Source: an uncultured Gammaproteobacteria bacterium (GTDB lineage Bacteria; Patescibacteriota; Patescibacteriia; JAACEG01). From it: a DNA stretch of 42,929 nucleotides. Numbering within the stretch: position 1 is the stretch's first letter; each line of letters starts with the position of its first letter. Position numbers and translations under genes: made by a program. The notes under the pieces are model-generated. The model ran no database searches. It was not told where the DNA came from and was given only the letters and a program-made list of their open reading frames with translations. The stretch is taken from contig CAYNJS010000001.1 in the NCBI GenBank assembly GCA_964397635.1, positions 1-42,929 on the forward strand, read 5' to 3'. Below are positions 1 to 9,102 of this stretch, in pieces.

Positions 1-55
1 GTTAAGGCTCAACAGTTTTCAAGACTGTCCCGTTCAACCGCTCCGGCATCCCTCC
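1..55 (-). tRNA. tRNA-Ser(UGA), 5' part only; the rest lies beyond the window edge
   Basis: The reverse complement reads GGAGGGA-TG-CCGGAGCGGTTGAACGGG-ACAGT-CTTGAAA-ACTGT-TGAGCC... This gives the acceptor 5' strand, a Ser-type D-arm, a 5-bp anticodon stem and a loop C-U-UGA-A-A. It closely resembles canonical bacterial tRNA-Ser(UGA). The long variable arm runs off the edge. Confidence 0.8.
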
Positions 56-107
56 ACTCTGGTGTGAAATTAAAGTTTTTATTGTATAACATAATAACCC
101 GATCAAA

Positions 108-136
108 TTGACAATCGGGATTTTTTAGTGTATATT
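108..136 (+). promoter_or_regulatory. Sigma70-like promoter for the 206-715 gene
   Basis: TTGACA (108-113), 17 nt, TATATT (131-136). The -10 lies inside the GTG-started ORF-track extension, which argues for the ATG at 206 as the real start. Confidence 0.5.
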
Positions 137-205
137 ATAAGTATAGATATTTTTTCTACAGTCTTATTATATAATTTCTTAAAAATTTGTCAATTTTTAA
201 TTTTT

Positions 206-715
206 ATGGAAAGTTTTAAAGATAAACAAGAAAATCAAATTGATCCGGGTAAAGTTTTATTAAATTGGAGCTTTCCGGAATACGAAAAACATGAAAGAAA
301 ATTATCTTGGTATATAGTGTCTTTTTCAGTTGGTGCTTTTATGTTTTTATACAGTGTGGTTACAGGTAATTTTATTTTTGCAATTATTGTTATATTAGCC
401 GGGGTTATTTTAATAAATTCGTTAAAGGGCGAACCTAGAAATATAGATTTTTCTATTACCGACAGGGGTATTTTGCTGGGGCGTAATTTTTATGAATACG
501 ATAATTTATCTAAGTTTTGGATTATTTATAAAGCCCCTCAGGTTAAAAAATTATATTTTGAAGTTGATAATATATTACATACTCAGTTAGTTATGCCAAT
601 AGGCAATGTTTCACCTTTGGAATTAAGGGATTTATTAGGCAAATATTTAGAAGAGGATGTTGATAAAGAAAATGAATCGATTTCTGATTCGTTGGGAAGA
701 GCGTTAAAAATTTGA
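206..715 (+). CDS. Hypothetical small membrane protein (2 TM helices plus a soluble C-terminal domain)
   Basis: ORF 128-715, trimmed to the first ATG (MESFKDKQ...). Hydrophobic stretch WYIVSFSVGAFMFLYSVVTGNFIFAIIVILAGVILI. TGA stop. I recognise no family motif. Confidence 0.6.
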   Translation: MESFKDKQENQIDPGKVLLNWSFPEYEKHERKLSWYIVSFSVGAFMFLYSVVTGNFIFAIIVILAGVILINSLKGEPRNIDFSITDRGILLGRNFYEYDNLSKFWIIYKAPQVKKLYFEVDNILHTQLVMPIGNVSPLELRDLLGKYLEEDVDKENESISDSLGRALKI

Positions 716-751
716 AAATTTGAAAATATTTTAAGTATTAAAAAATTAATT

Positions 752-780
752 CCACCGATATTATCGGTGGTAATTTTTTT
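752..780 (+). terminator. Rho-independent terminator-like hairpin
   Basis: CCACCGATA/TATCGGTGG stem followed by TAATTTTTTT. It ends 1 nt before the tRNA-Arg 5' end. Confidence 0.6.
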
Positions 781-781
781 A

Positions 782-853
782 GCACCCGTAGTTCAACGGA
801 TAGAACGCAAGATTGCGGATCTTGTAATGTAGGTTCAATTCCTGCCGGGTGCA
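782..853 (+). tRNA. tRNA-Arg(GCG)
   Basis: 72-nt cloverleaf. Acceptor GCACCCG/CGGGTGC. D-arm GTTC-AACGGATA-GAAC. Anticodon stem CAAGA/TCTTG with loop TT-GCG-GA. T-arm GTAGG-TTCAATT-CCTGC. Discriminator A. No encoded CCA. Confidence 0.85.
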
Positions 854-867
854 CAAAGTTTATCTAT

Positions 868-2940
868 ATGGTCAATTTTGATTCACCAGTCGGTAGTATT
901 TCTCCGATTGCTAAAAAAATTAACTCTAAATTAAAAAGATTAGGCATAGTAAAAGTAGCTGATCTTGTTTATTATTATCCTTTCCGTTACGACGATTTTA
1001 CTAATGTTAAAAAAATAAAAGACTTAACTCCCGGCGAAGTTGTAACTATAGAGGGCAGGGTAGATTTAATAGAAAATAGAAGAAGTCCGGTAAAAAGAAG
1101 AAATATTACCGAAGCTGTTATTAGTGATGAAACTGGATCAATAAAGGTAGTCTGGTTTAATCAGCCTTTTTTGATTAAAAATATAAGACCAGGGAATAAT
1201 ATTTATTTATCAGGTAAAGTTGATATTGATTTTAATAGCATGCAAATGGTGGGACCTGAATACGAAAAGGCCAGAAAAGATGCGTCTAATACTGGTAGAT
1301 TGGCACCTGTTTATCCACTTACCCAAGGAATAACTAATAAGCAGATAAGATTTTTTGTTCGGTCTATTTTTCCTTTAATAAGAAATGTTAAAGACTGGAT
1401 GCCGGGAGAAATTAAAAATAAGTTGAATTTACTTAATTTAAGTGAAGTCTTAAAGCAAGTTCATTTTCCTGATAATAAAGAATTAATTAAAAAAGCTCGG
1501 TTGCGATTAAAGTTTGATGAGCTGTTTTTAGTTCAACTGCAAAAACAAGCAGTTAAAAATAAAATTAAAAAAAGCGCAGCAGATAAAATAGAGTTTAAGG
1601 AAGAAGATGTTAAAAAATTTGTTGATAGCCTGCCTTTTACCTTAACTGATGATCAAAGAAAATCGTCCTGGAGTATTTTAAAGGATCTACAAAAAGATTA
1701 TCCAATGAATAGACTGCTTGATGGAGATGTTGGCTCAGGTAAAACCGTGGTTAGCGCTATAGCTATGTTGAACATTGCCTTAAATGGTTTTCAATCAGCT
1801 TATATGGCTCCCACGGAAATTTTAGCCAAGCAACAATATGAGTCATTAAAAAAAGTTTATAAGGATTTTAATATTAGTTTAGCGCTTTTAACTAGAACTG
1901 AACAAAAAATTAGTTCAACAAAAGAAAAGATAAAAAAGGCAGATTTTTTGAAAAAAATATCCAATGGCAAGGTTCAAATTATTATTGGAACCCATGCTTT
2001 GATTCAAAATAAGGTTGAATTTAAAAATTTAGCTTTAGCAGTAGTTGATGAACAGCATCGCTTTGGAGTAGAGCAAAGAGGAAAAATAATTCAAAAGTCA
2101 GGTGATAAAAAAACAAGCCCACATTTTTTATCAATGACAGCAACTCCAATACCAAGGACGCTACATTTGGCTATTTATGGGGATTTAGATTTAAGTGTAA
2201 TTAGGCAGATGCCAAAGGACAGAAAGAAGATTATAACTAAAATAATTGAACCGAGTGAAAGGCAAGAATCTTATAAATTTATCCGCAGTCAAATAGAAGA
2301 GGGCAGGCAAGTTTTTGTTATTTGTCCTTTAATTGATGAGAGTGATAAATTAGGAGTTAAATCTGTAACCGAAGAATATGAGCGGTTAAACAAAAAAGTT
2401 TTTCCAGATATTAAAATGGGAAAGCTTCATGGAAAATTAAAAGCAACTGAAAAGGAAGAGATAATGAATGATTTTTTGGATAATAAAATAAAAATTTTAG
2501 TTTCCACTTCAGTAGTAGAGGTTGGAGTTGATATTCCCAATGCTACGGTAATGTTAATTGAAGGAGCAGAGCGTTTTGGATTGGCTCAACTACATCAGTT
2601 TAGAGGTCGGGTCGGCAGGAGTAAATATCAATCTTATTGTTTTCTTTTTAGTGATAGTGTTAGTGAAAATACTCTAAGCAGATTGGAAGCCTTAAAAGAA
2701 TGCAGTGATGGATTTGAACTGGCTAAAAGAGATTTAGAGTTTAGAGGTTATGGAGATATCTACGGTAAAATGCAATCAGGAATGACGGAATTTAAAATAG
2801 CCAGTTTAAGTGATTTTAGCATAATTCAAAAAGCTAATGAGGAAGCTGTAAAAATAATGGAAGAAGACCCGGAATTTAATAAATATCCAGAGTTAAAAGA
2901 AAAAATTAAGCAATTTGAAGAAAGTGTGCATCTAGAGTAG
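868..2940 (+). CDS. recG: ATP-dependent DNA helicase RecG
   Basis: 690 aa. Walker A GDVGSGKT, DEQH box VVDEQHRFG, SMTATPIPRT, QLHQFRGRVGR. N-terminal wedge/OB region. Confidence 0.95.
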   Translation: MVNFDSPVGSISPIAKKINSKLKRLGIVKVADLVYYYPFRYDDFTNVKKIKDLTPGEVVTIEGRVDLIENRRSPVKRRNITEAVISDETGSIKVVWFNQPFLIKNIRPGNNIYLSGKVDIDFNSMQMVGPEYEKARKDASNTGRLAPVYPLTQGITNKQIRFFVRSIFPLIRNVKDWMPGEIKNKLNLLNLSEVLKQVHFPDNKELIKKARLRLKFDELFLVQLQKQAVKNKIKKSAADKIEFKEEDVKKFVDSLPFTLTDDQRKSSWSILKDLQKDYPMNRLLDGDVGSGKTVVSAIAMLNIALNGFQSAYMAPTEILAKQQYESLKKVYKDFNISLALLTRTEQKISSTKEKIKKADFLKKISNGKVQIIIGTHALIQNKVEFKNLALAVVDEQHRFGVEQRGKIIQKSGDKKTSPHFLSMTATPIPRTLHLAIYGDLDLSVIRQMPKDRKKIITKIIEPSERQESYKFIRSQIEEGRQVFVICPLIDESDKLGVKSVTEEYERLNKKVFPDIKMGKLHGKLKATEKEEIMNDFLDNKIKILVSTSVVEVGVDIPNATVMLIEGAERFGLAQLHQFRGRVGRSKYQSYCFLFSDSVSENTLSRLEALKECSDGFELAKRDLEFRGYGDIYGKMQSGMTEFKIASLSDFSIIQKANEEAVKIMEEDPEFNKYPELKEKIKQFEESVHLE

Positions 2941-2943
2941 GTA

Positions 2944-2969
2944 AGTGAACATACCGTGGTATGTTCACT
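2944..2969 (+). terminator. Hairpin just after the recG stop
   Basis: AGTGAACATAC-CGTG-GTATGTTCACT, an 11-bp perfect stem. The T-tract after it is weak. Confidence 0.4.
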
Positions 2970-3035
2970 GTTATGTTTAAATAAAAAATATGCGGTTAAT
3001 CACTTTAAGAAAGAGTAGTTTCTATTTTAAAAAGA

Positions 3036-3073
3036 CCCAGTTGGTGCAAAAACCAACTGGGCTTTATCTTTTT
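3036..3073. terminator. Bidirectional terminator between convergent recG and radA
   Basis: CCCAGTTGGT-GCAAAA-ACCAACTGGG, with an A-run upstream and CTTTATCTTTTT downstream. Confidence 0.7.
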
Positions 3074-3142
3074 AAAGGTGTTTTTAAAAAATATAAATAA
3101 GTTTAATTACATATTAAATTACGTAATTAATTACGTAATTAA

Positions 3143-4477
3143 TTAAAATACCTTTTCAATAGCTTCTTTTAATGTTTTTACTTGAACAATTTCAATTCCA
3201 TTTATTTTTTCTTTTAAAGAAAAACTTGGAGTAATAATTTTATTAAATCCTAGGGTTTTGGCTTCTTTTATTCGTTGATCTATTTTGTTAACTTTTCTAA
3301 TTTCACCGCCTAGACCAATCTCACCAATAGCAATTAAATTTTTTAGCAAAGGCTTATTTTTATAAGCCGAAACAATAGCCAGGCACACTGCTAGATCAAC
3401 TGCCGGTTCGCTTATTTTTATTCCACCAACAATATTTAAATTTATATCTTGATTAATTAAATTTATCCCAGCTCTTTTAGTTAAGACAGCTGATAGGATT
3501 TGCAATCTATTGGTATCAAAGCCGAAGGCTCTTCGTTGGGGATATCCAAAAATAGTTTTACTAACTAAAGCTTGAACTTCGATTAAAAACGATCTTGTGC
3601 CCTCAATGATTGAGCTGATAGTTGTGCCAGGATTAGTTTTATCACCCGAATCTAAAAATATTCCAGACGGATTTTTAATCTCTTTTAGCCCTTGAGGTTC
3701 CATTTCAAAAACTCCGATTTCAGAGGTTGGGCCAAAACGATTTTTTTTGGTTTTTAAAATTCTGAAATCCTGAGCTTCATCACCCTCTAAATAAGTGACT
3801 GTATCAACTAAATGTTCTAATGTTTTAGGGCCAGCCACTTGGCCGTCTTTGGTAATGTGTCCGATTATAAAAACAGGAACATTATTTTTCTTGGCTACCT
3901 CAAGCAGTTTTACGGTTGTTGCTCTAATTTGCGATATGCTCCCGGTTTCGCTTTCTATTTCTTGAGATCTAATGGTTTGGATTGAGTCTACAATAACTAG
4001 TCCGGGTCTTACTTCTTCGATTGTTCTTGAAATATTCTCAACTTCAATGTCGGCAGAGAATAAAATATCATCACCGCTTATTTTAAGTCTGTCCAGTCTT
4101 AATTTTATTTGCTGAGCCGATTCTTCGCCAGAGACATATAAAGTATTTTTAACTAAGCCGGAAATTTGCAAAACCAAAGTAGATTTGCCAATACCAGGTT
4201 CACCGCCAATTAAGGTTAAGCTCCCTGGGACAATTCCTCCGCCCAAAACTCTATCAAATTCTTGAATATTAGTTTTGATTCTTTGTATACTTTTACCTTC
4301 TATTTTATTAAGACTTGTAAGTTCGCTTATCTTGCCAGTAGTTTTGCTTTTATCCTCCTTAGTTTTGCTTTCCTCCTGGAGAGTTCCCCAGCCACCACAC
4401 TCAGGGCATCTCCCTTGCCACTTAGGGGCTTGTGCGTTACATTTAGAGCAAATATAAATTGTTTGCTGTTTAGGCAT
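3143..4477 (-). CDS. radA: DNA repair protein RadA/Sms
   Basis: 444 aa. N-terminal zinc finger CSKC...CPECGGW, Walker A GEPGIGKST, KNRFG motif (KTKKNRFGPTSE), Lon-protease-like C-terminal domain. Confidence 0.95.
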   Translation of the reverse strand: MPKQQTIYICSKCNAQAPKWQGRCPECGGWGTLQEESKTKEDKSKTTGKISELTSLNKIEGKSIQRIKTNIQEFDRVLGGGIVPGSLTLIGGEPGIGKSTLVLQISGLVKNTLYVSGEESAQQIKLRLDRLKISGDDILFSADIEVENISRTIEEVRPGLVIVDSIQTIRSQEIESETGSISQIRATTVKLLEVAKKNNVPVFIIGHITKDGQVAGPKTLEHLVDTVTYLEGDEAQDFRILKTKKNRFGPTSEIGVFEMEPQGLKEIKNPSGIFLDSGDKTNPGTTISSIIEGTRSFLIEVQALVSKTIFGYPQRRAFGFDTNRLQILSAVLTKRAGINLINQDINLNIVGGIKISEPAVDLAVCLAIVSAYKNKPLLKNLIAIGEIGLGGEIRKVNKIDQRIKEAKTLGFNKIITPSFSLKEKINGIEIVQVKTLKEAIEKVF

Positions 4478-4500
4478 ATTTAGTTATTTAACGAAGAAAC

Positions 4501-4570
4501 CCCCTCTGACTCCCCCTTATCAGGGGGAGAATTGTGATAAAAAGTTCCTCCATTGACAAGGGGAGGCCAG
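4501..4570. repeat. GC-rich palindromic modules in the intergenic spacer
   Basis: Hairpins TCCCCCT-TATC-AGGGGGA (about 4511-4528) and CCTCC-N10-GGAGG (about 4547-4566). The same module types recur at 14999-15019 and 15057-15077. Confidence 0.7.
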
Positions 4571-4596
4571 GAGGGGTTAAAAATTTTAAAAACTGT

Positions 4597-4818
4597 TTAT
4601 TTTACTTTTGACGCAGGAACTATTAACGGATCGCCAAGCGGTACTTCTGTTTTTTTAATATTATCATTAATTGATAAATTTTCTTCTTTTTCTGTATCAC
4701 TATTTTTAGCCATATATGAACCAGTTATTTTTAAAATTCCCAAAAGAGAAATTGAAATAACAAAAAGTATTATCAGCGATAATATGAAAAGATGTATATC
4801 TTTATTTTTTTCTTTCAT
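4597..4818 (-). CDS. Hypothetical small single-pass membrane protein
   Basis: 73 aa. K-rich N-terminus then a TM helix (LFILSLIILFVISISLLGIL). Same strand as, and 21 nt downstream of, the 4840-6066 gene. Preferred over the overlapping plus-strand ORF 4553-4858. Confidence 0.45.
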   Translation of the reverse strand: MKEKNKDIHLFILSLIILFVISISLLGILKITGSYMAKNSDTEKEENLSINDNIKKTEVPLGDPLIVPASKVK

Positions 4819-4839
4819 AAGTCTTGTTATTTGGATTAT

Positions 4840-6066
4840 TTACAAATTAATTTTATAAAGTCTTCCAGTTCGGCGATCGGTAAAATATAACTCTTGCTCA
4901 TTATTAGTAACCATAAGGTTCTCTATATTGTGGTCTATCTCCGGTAAAGGTATTTTTTCTGTAGAGTTTATGCTTAAGTCAATTCTGTATATATCATCCG
5001 GAACATCTATTGCGTAGTTTGGGGATAAACCCATCATTTTTTCCAGTTTTTGAGGCACCCCGCAATATATTACGCTATTGCTATAAAATACGCATTTTTC
5101 AGCCCAAGTGTTAATTAAAATTCTTCTTTTAGCTGACCCAAATTTACTTGTTATCCAAAGGTTGGGTTTGTAGTCCTCTCTTATATTATAAACGCTATAG
5201 AGTATTTGCTCTCCGCTAGGGCTCCATTTGCCTTGAAAGCCTTGGCCGTCAACAACAAAAGAGCTAAATTTCTCATCGTTTTGGCCTATGGGGAAGATTT
5301 CCTGATGATGAAGGTCGATATTTTTTGTAAAAAAAGCAACGATTTGATTGGTAGGGGAAATGTTTATTTGAAAGCTTGAAGCTTTGTCTCCCAGTTCTTC
5401 GATAATTTTTGCATTGCCAGTTACTGTGTTGGCAATTATTAAGTGATTGTTGTTTTGATTATTATCTAAGCTTTTGGTGACAATTTTTTTATTATCAGAA
5501 GCAAAGTTAAAATCTCCCCAGTTAGCCGGCAGGGTTGTTTGTTTTTCGGTTGAGAAATCGTAAATTATATTTGATCCGTCTGGATATTCAATAATTGCCT
5601 TATTTTTATCATCTGACCAAGAGATATCTTGAGCGCTGTAAAAAGTTTGATCACTAAGAATTTTAGTTACTCCGTTTTTATATATTTCATAAAATTTTCC
5701 GTCTTGATTATTGTAGTAAATAACGCCATCGCCGGTATTGTCAATTATTGGCGCTTTTACTATATCTTTAGTTACTTTTGTGATATCTTTTGTTTTTGGC
5801 AGATGATCTTTGGTTTCATCAATAATTTCTTTATTAGTGTTAACATTTTTATCACGCGTAGCAAGTCCGCCGGGACCGGTTTGATTTATATTAATGTTTT
5901 GTCCGTCTTTTAAATTATAGTAGTCTTCATAATCTTCATCGGTTGTTGTTTTTTGTCCAGGAGATCCAAAAAACATCATATAAATTAACCAGCCAAAAAA
6001 CAAGGCCGTTAAAATAAAACCTATAAATAAGGCTACTTTTTTATAGTCCAGTTCCGGTAATTTCAT
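4840..6066 (-). CDS. N-terminally TM-anchored PD40/TolB-like beta-propeller protein
   Basis: 408 aa. TM helix VALFIGFILTALFFGWLIYMMFF. Repeated PD40-like segments (ISWSDDKNKAII, FASDNKKIV, ISPTNQIVAF, WSPSGEQILYS). Confidence 0.65.
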   Translation of the reverse strand: MKLPELDYKKVALFIGFILTALFFGWLIYMMFFGSPGQKTTTDEDYEDYYNLKDGQNININQTGPGGLATRDKNVNTNKEIIDETKDHLPKTKDITKVTKDIVKAPIIDNTGDGVIYYNNQDGKFYEIYKNGVTKILSDQTFYSAQDISWSDDKNKAIIEYPDGSNIIYDFSTEKQTTLPANWGDFNFASDNKKIVTKSLDNNQNNNHLIIANTVTGNAKIIEELGDKASSFQINISPTNQIVAFFTKNIDLHHQEIFPIGQNDEKFSSFVVDGQGFQGKWSPSGEQILYSVYNIREDYKPNLWITSKFGSAKRRILINTWAEKCVFYSNSVIYCGVPQKLEKMMGLSPNYAIDVPDDIYRIDLSINSTEKIPLPEIDHNIENLMVTNNEQELYFTDRRTGRLYKINL

Positions 6067-6087
6067 AGTTAGTATATTGTTGAAAAA

Positions 6088-6495
6088 TTAATTAAAAAAG
6101 TTTTTTAACCATTCAAAGGCGCAAAAAGCTTTATTTTCATTGCATAAAACAGCCAGTATTATAATTACAACTATTACAGCAATTATAGTTCCGCCAATAA
6201 TAACCGAGGAACAAGAAAACGCAGCCATGATCCATTTTAGAATTTTGAATTTTTTATATGTTTTTTTCCCTTTTTCAATTATTCCTCCTTTTTCCTCTTT
6301 TTTCTTTTTTATTCTTAATGCTAGCTTTAGCTTATTCCACGCACTTTGATTACTATCTTCTGATGATTGCCTTTCTGGGTATGGCCCGGTAGCTTCATTT
6401 GTTTGTTCCTGATTTAGCTCGCTCCCCATTTTTAGTGTTGGCAATTGATTGGGGATTTGATCGCTGATATAATCTTTATTTTTCTCTTCATTCAT
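6088..6495 (-). CDS. Hypothetical tail-anchored membrane protein
   Basis: 135 aa. Polar and lysine-rich N-terminal half, then a C-terminal TM segment (IMAAFSCSSVIIGGTIIAVIVVIIILAVL). Starts 5 nt after the clpC stop. Confidence 0.55.
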   Translation of the reverse strand: MNEEKNKDYISDQIPNQLPTLKMGSELNQEQTNEATGPYPERQSSEDSNQSAWNKLKLALRIKKKKEEKGGIIEKGKKTYKKFKILKWIMAAFSCSSVIIGGTIIAVIVVIIILAVLCNENKAFCAFEWLKNFFN

Positions 6496-6500
6496 AGGCT

Positions 6501-8960
6501 TTATATTCTAAATTCTAAATCTTCTACAGTAACAATTCCTGCTCCTATCTTTATTTTACCATTTTTTTTATTTTTTAGCATCATTTCGATGAGTTCATCT
6601 TCGATTTTGTTTTGAATTGTCTTTCGGACGGCTCTGGCGCCTTGATCTGGTAAATAAGAAATTTTCGATAAATGTTTTATAGCCTTTTGATCACTTTTAA
6701 TTTTAATGTTTTTTTCAGCCAGTCTATTGTTTAATTCGTCTAGTTGCAACTTAACTATTTTTTCCATATCTTTTTGTTTTAATGGATTAAAAATCAATAT
6801 TTTGTCCAGTCTGCTTAAAAGTTCCGGACGAAGCGTTTTTTTGACTCCGGAATTTATTTTATTTTTTAGCTCATTAAAATTAAAGTCCTTTTTGCCTTTA
6901 GGGCCAAAGCCAATATCGTTTTTAAAGTAAAAATCTTTCAGCCCGATATTTGAAGTGAGGATTATTAAGGTGTTTTTAAAGTTAATTGTTTCACCGCCTG
7001 CATCGGTTAAAACCCCGTCTTCTAATATTTGAAGCAGGAGATTAAAGATATCCGGGTGAGCTTTTTCTATTTCATCAAACAACACCAAGCTGTAAGGGTT
7101 GTGTTTGACAAATTCTGTTAATTTCCCGCCTTCTTGATAACCAACATAACCAGCAGGGGCCCCGATCAACTTAGAAGTGTTGAATTTATCAGCAAATTCG
7201 CTCATATCTAGCTTGATCATGGCCTTTTTGCTGCCAAAGACAGTTTTGGCTATAACTTTGGCCAGTTCGGTTTTACCCACGCCGGTTGGACCCAAAAAGA
7301 GAAATGATCCCAATGGACGTTCTGGGTGGGATATATTAAGCAAAGATCTTTTTAGATATTTAGTGACTACTTGAATAGCTTCTTTTTGCCCGATAATTTT
7401 ATTGTTTAATTTTGTTTCAAGTTCTACAATGTTTTGCTTGTTGCTTAAATTTAACTTTTCAACCGGTATATGGGTATACTTAGAAACAGCTTTTATAATA
7501 TCTTCTTCGTTTATTTCTCCTAAAAATATCTTTTGAGCTTGATCCTTAAGTCTTTTAAAGCTATTAAATTCTTTTTTAATATTTTCTTCTTTTTGTTTTA
7601 ATCTTACTGCTTCTTTGTAGTTTTCTTCATTGATATAAAATCTTTTTTCTTCCTGAATTTTTTTAAATTTTTTCTCAAATTTAGATTGAATAAAATTTAA
7701 ATTATATTTTTGCTTTTTGATTTTTATCCTGGACGCCGCTTCGTCGATTAGGTCGATTGCTTTATCCGGTAAAAATTTGTCGGTTATGTAGCGGGTAGAA
7801 AGATTAATGGAACTTTCTATTGCCTCTGGATTAATATTTATTTTGTGGAAATCCTCGTAATATTTTTTAAGTTCAGTTAAAATTTCTAAAGTTTTTTTAT
7901 AATCCGGTTCTTCAACTTTAATGGATTCAAACCTTCTGATCAAGGCCCGATCTTTCTCAATATTTTTTTTATAATCAGACAGCGTAGTTGTTCCAATAAC
8001 ACTAAATTCACCGCGCGACAGCGCCGGTTTTAAGATATTAGCTGCGTCCAATGAACCATTAGATGATCCGGCGCCAACTATGTTATGTATTTCATCGATA
8101 AATAAAATAGCATCAGGATTTTTTTGAATTTCTTCAATAGTGTTTTTAAGACGAGACTCGAACTCTCCCCTAAACATTGTGCCGGCAATAGCATTGCCAA
8201 GGTCCAGTTTGATTATTTTCTTGCCAAAAAGCATTGAAGGAACTTCAAGATCGTGTATTTTTTTTGCCAATCCTTCTATGATAGCGGTTTTACCAACTCC
8301 AGGTTCGCCTAAGAGCAGGGGGTTATTTTTTTTGCGGCGGCAAAGAATTTGAGCAATTCTATTTATTTCATCATCTCTTCCAATAACAGGATCAAATTTT
8401 TCTACAGCAGACTTTTCGGTCATTTCTATCATAAAATCAGTAGGAGCTTCGACTTCTTGGCCAAAAAAATCAAACTCTTCTATGCTACCGGGTATTTTCT
8501 GAGTTGGAAGTTCTGAGAATTTAGAAATAGTTTTAAGCGTCACATTTATTTGTTCTTCCAGTTTTGTCGGGTTGATTTTATATTTTTTAAGAAAATTTTT
8601 AATATTTATATTGTTTATCTTTAGGATGGCAAGCAAAAGATGTTCTGTGCCAATAAAAGTATGGTTAAGATTATTTGAAATTATTAATGATTTTTTAATA
8701 ACTTCTTTGCTTTTCCCGGATAATTTTGGCGATGGTTTTTTTTCTTGATTTTGAAAAGTTATTGCCAGATCTTTTTTTAGTTGGCTTTTTGATATTTTGA
8801 ATTTATTGATTATATGATTTCCCAGAGAGCCTTTTTGATTAATTAGGCAAAAGAAAATATGTTCCGGTTCAATAAGCGGATTATTTATTTCCCGGGCTAG
8901 TTTATAGGCATCATTAAGAGCGCCTTTATATGAAGTTGTAAATTTATTTAAAAATGACAT
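6501..8960 (-). CDS. clpC: Clp/Hsp100 ATPase, ClpC-type
   Basis: 819 aa. Clp_N repeats. D1: GEPGVGKTA and ILFIDEIH. Short M-domain with a UVR-like segment (EENYKEAVRLKQKE). D2: GPTGVGKTELAK and VLFDEIEKAH. A candidate ClpP-docking IGF loop (NDIGFGP). Confidence 0.9.
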   Translation of the reverse strand: MSFLNKFTTSYKGALNDAYKLAREINNPLIEPEHIFFCLINQKGSLGNHIINKFKISKSQLKKDLAITFQNQEKKPSPKLSGKSKEVIKKSLIISNNLNHTFIGTEHLLLAILKINNINIKNFLKKYKINPTKLEEQINVTLKTISKFSELPTQKIPGSIEEFDFFGQEVEAPTDFMIEMTEKSAVEKFDPVIGRDDEINRIAQILCRRKKNNPLLLGEPGVGKTAIIEGLAKKIHDLEVPSMLFGKKIIKLDLGNAIAGTMFRGEFESRLKNTIEEIQKNPDAILFIDEIHNIVGAGSSNGSLDAANILKPALSRGEFSVIGTTTLSDYKKNIEKDRALIRRFESIKVEEPDYKKTLEILTELKKYYEDFHKININPEAIESSINLSTRYITDKFLPDKAIDLIDEAASRIKIKKQKYNLNFIQSKFEKKFKKIQEEKRFYINEENYKEAVRLKQKEENIKKEFNSFKRLKDQAQKIFLGEINEEDIIKAVSKYTHIPVEKLNLSNKQNIVELETKLNNKIIGQKEAIQVVTKYLKRSLLNISHPERPLGSFLFLGPTGVGKTELAKVIAKTVFGSKKAMIKLDMSEFADKFNTSKLIGAPAGYVGYQEGGKLTEFVKHNPYSLVLFDEIEKAHPDIFNLLLQILEDGVLTDAGGETINFKNTLIILTSNIGLKDFYFKNDIGFGPKGKKDFNFNELKNKINSGVKKTLRPELLSRLDKILIFNPLKQKDMEKIVKLQLDELNNRLAEKNIKIKSDQKAIKHLSKISYLPDQGARAVRKTIQNKIEDELIEMMLKNKKNGKIKIGAGIVTVEDLEFRI

Positions 8961-8973
8961 AGTTTAAAAAATT

Positions 8974-9097
8974 AAAAATCAAATCTCAAAAATCAAAATG
9001 ACAAAGTAAAATGCAAAAATAGTCTGCCTTCGGCAGATTTTAATAAATTGTCGCGAAGCGACTCCTTAATTTTGATGTTTGATTTTTGCATTTTGAT
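8974..9097. repeat. Mosaic repeat element, copy A (reverse orientation relative to copies B and C)
   Basis: AT-rich heptad arms AAAAATCAAATCTCAAAAATCAAAATG... and ...ATTTTGATGTTTGATTTTTGCATTTTGAT are inverted repeats. Internal hairpins are TCTGCC-TTC-GGCAGA (9023-9037) and GTCGC-GAA-GCGAC (9050-9062). The GAGTCGCTTCGCGACAA core is shared with 16572-16590 and 29742-29760. Confidence 0.8.
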
Positions 9098-9102
9098 ATT
9101 TT

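Noticed and set aside
1-55. On the plus strand, ACAGT-TTTCAAG-ACTGT looks like an anticodon arm with a UCA anticodon (tRNA-Sec, a UGA suppressor, or a code-25 tRNA-Gly).
   Set aside because: No T-arm or acceptor can be built on the plus strand. The reverse complement is a textbook 5' half of tRNA-Ser(UGA).
1-900. tRNA genes considered as integration sites for a mobile element or genomic island.
   Set aside because: There is no integrase, transposase or phage gene and no tRNA-fragment direct repeat anywhere in the window. The flanking genes are housekeeping.
4553-4858. A plus-strand 101-aa ORF starting in the repeat spacer (MTRGGQEGLK...).
   Set aside because: Its N-terminus is a translation of GC-rich palindromic modules, and the remainder is antisense to a more plausible minus-strand small membrane protein (4597-4818).
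8961-9102. Heat-shock operators (CIRCE TTAGCACTC-N9-GAGTGCTAA; CtsR GGTCAAA direct repeat) upstream of clpC, and of the second Clp gene (32766-32921). Also SOS boxes (CGAAC-N4-GTTCG type) upstream of recG, radA, uvrB and uvrA.
   Set aside because: I did not see these consensus sequences in the relevant spacers. The palindromes present there belong to the repeat families described above. A motif scan could still find degenerate sites.
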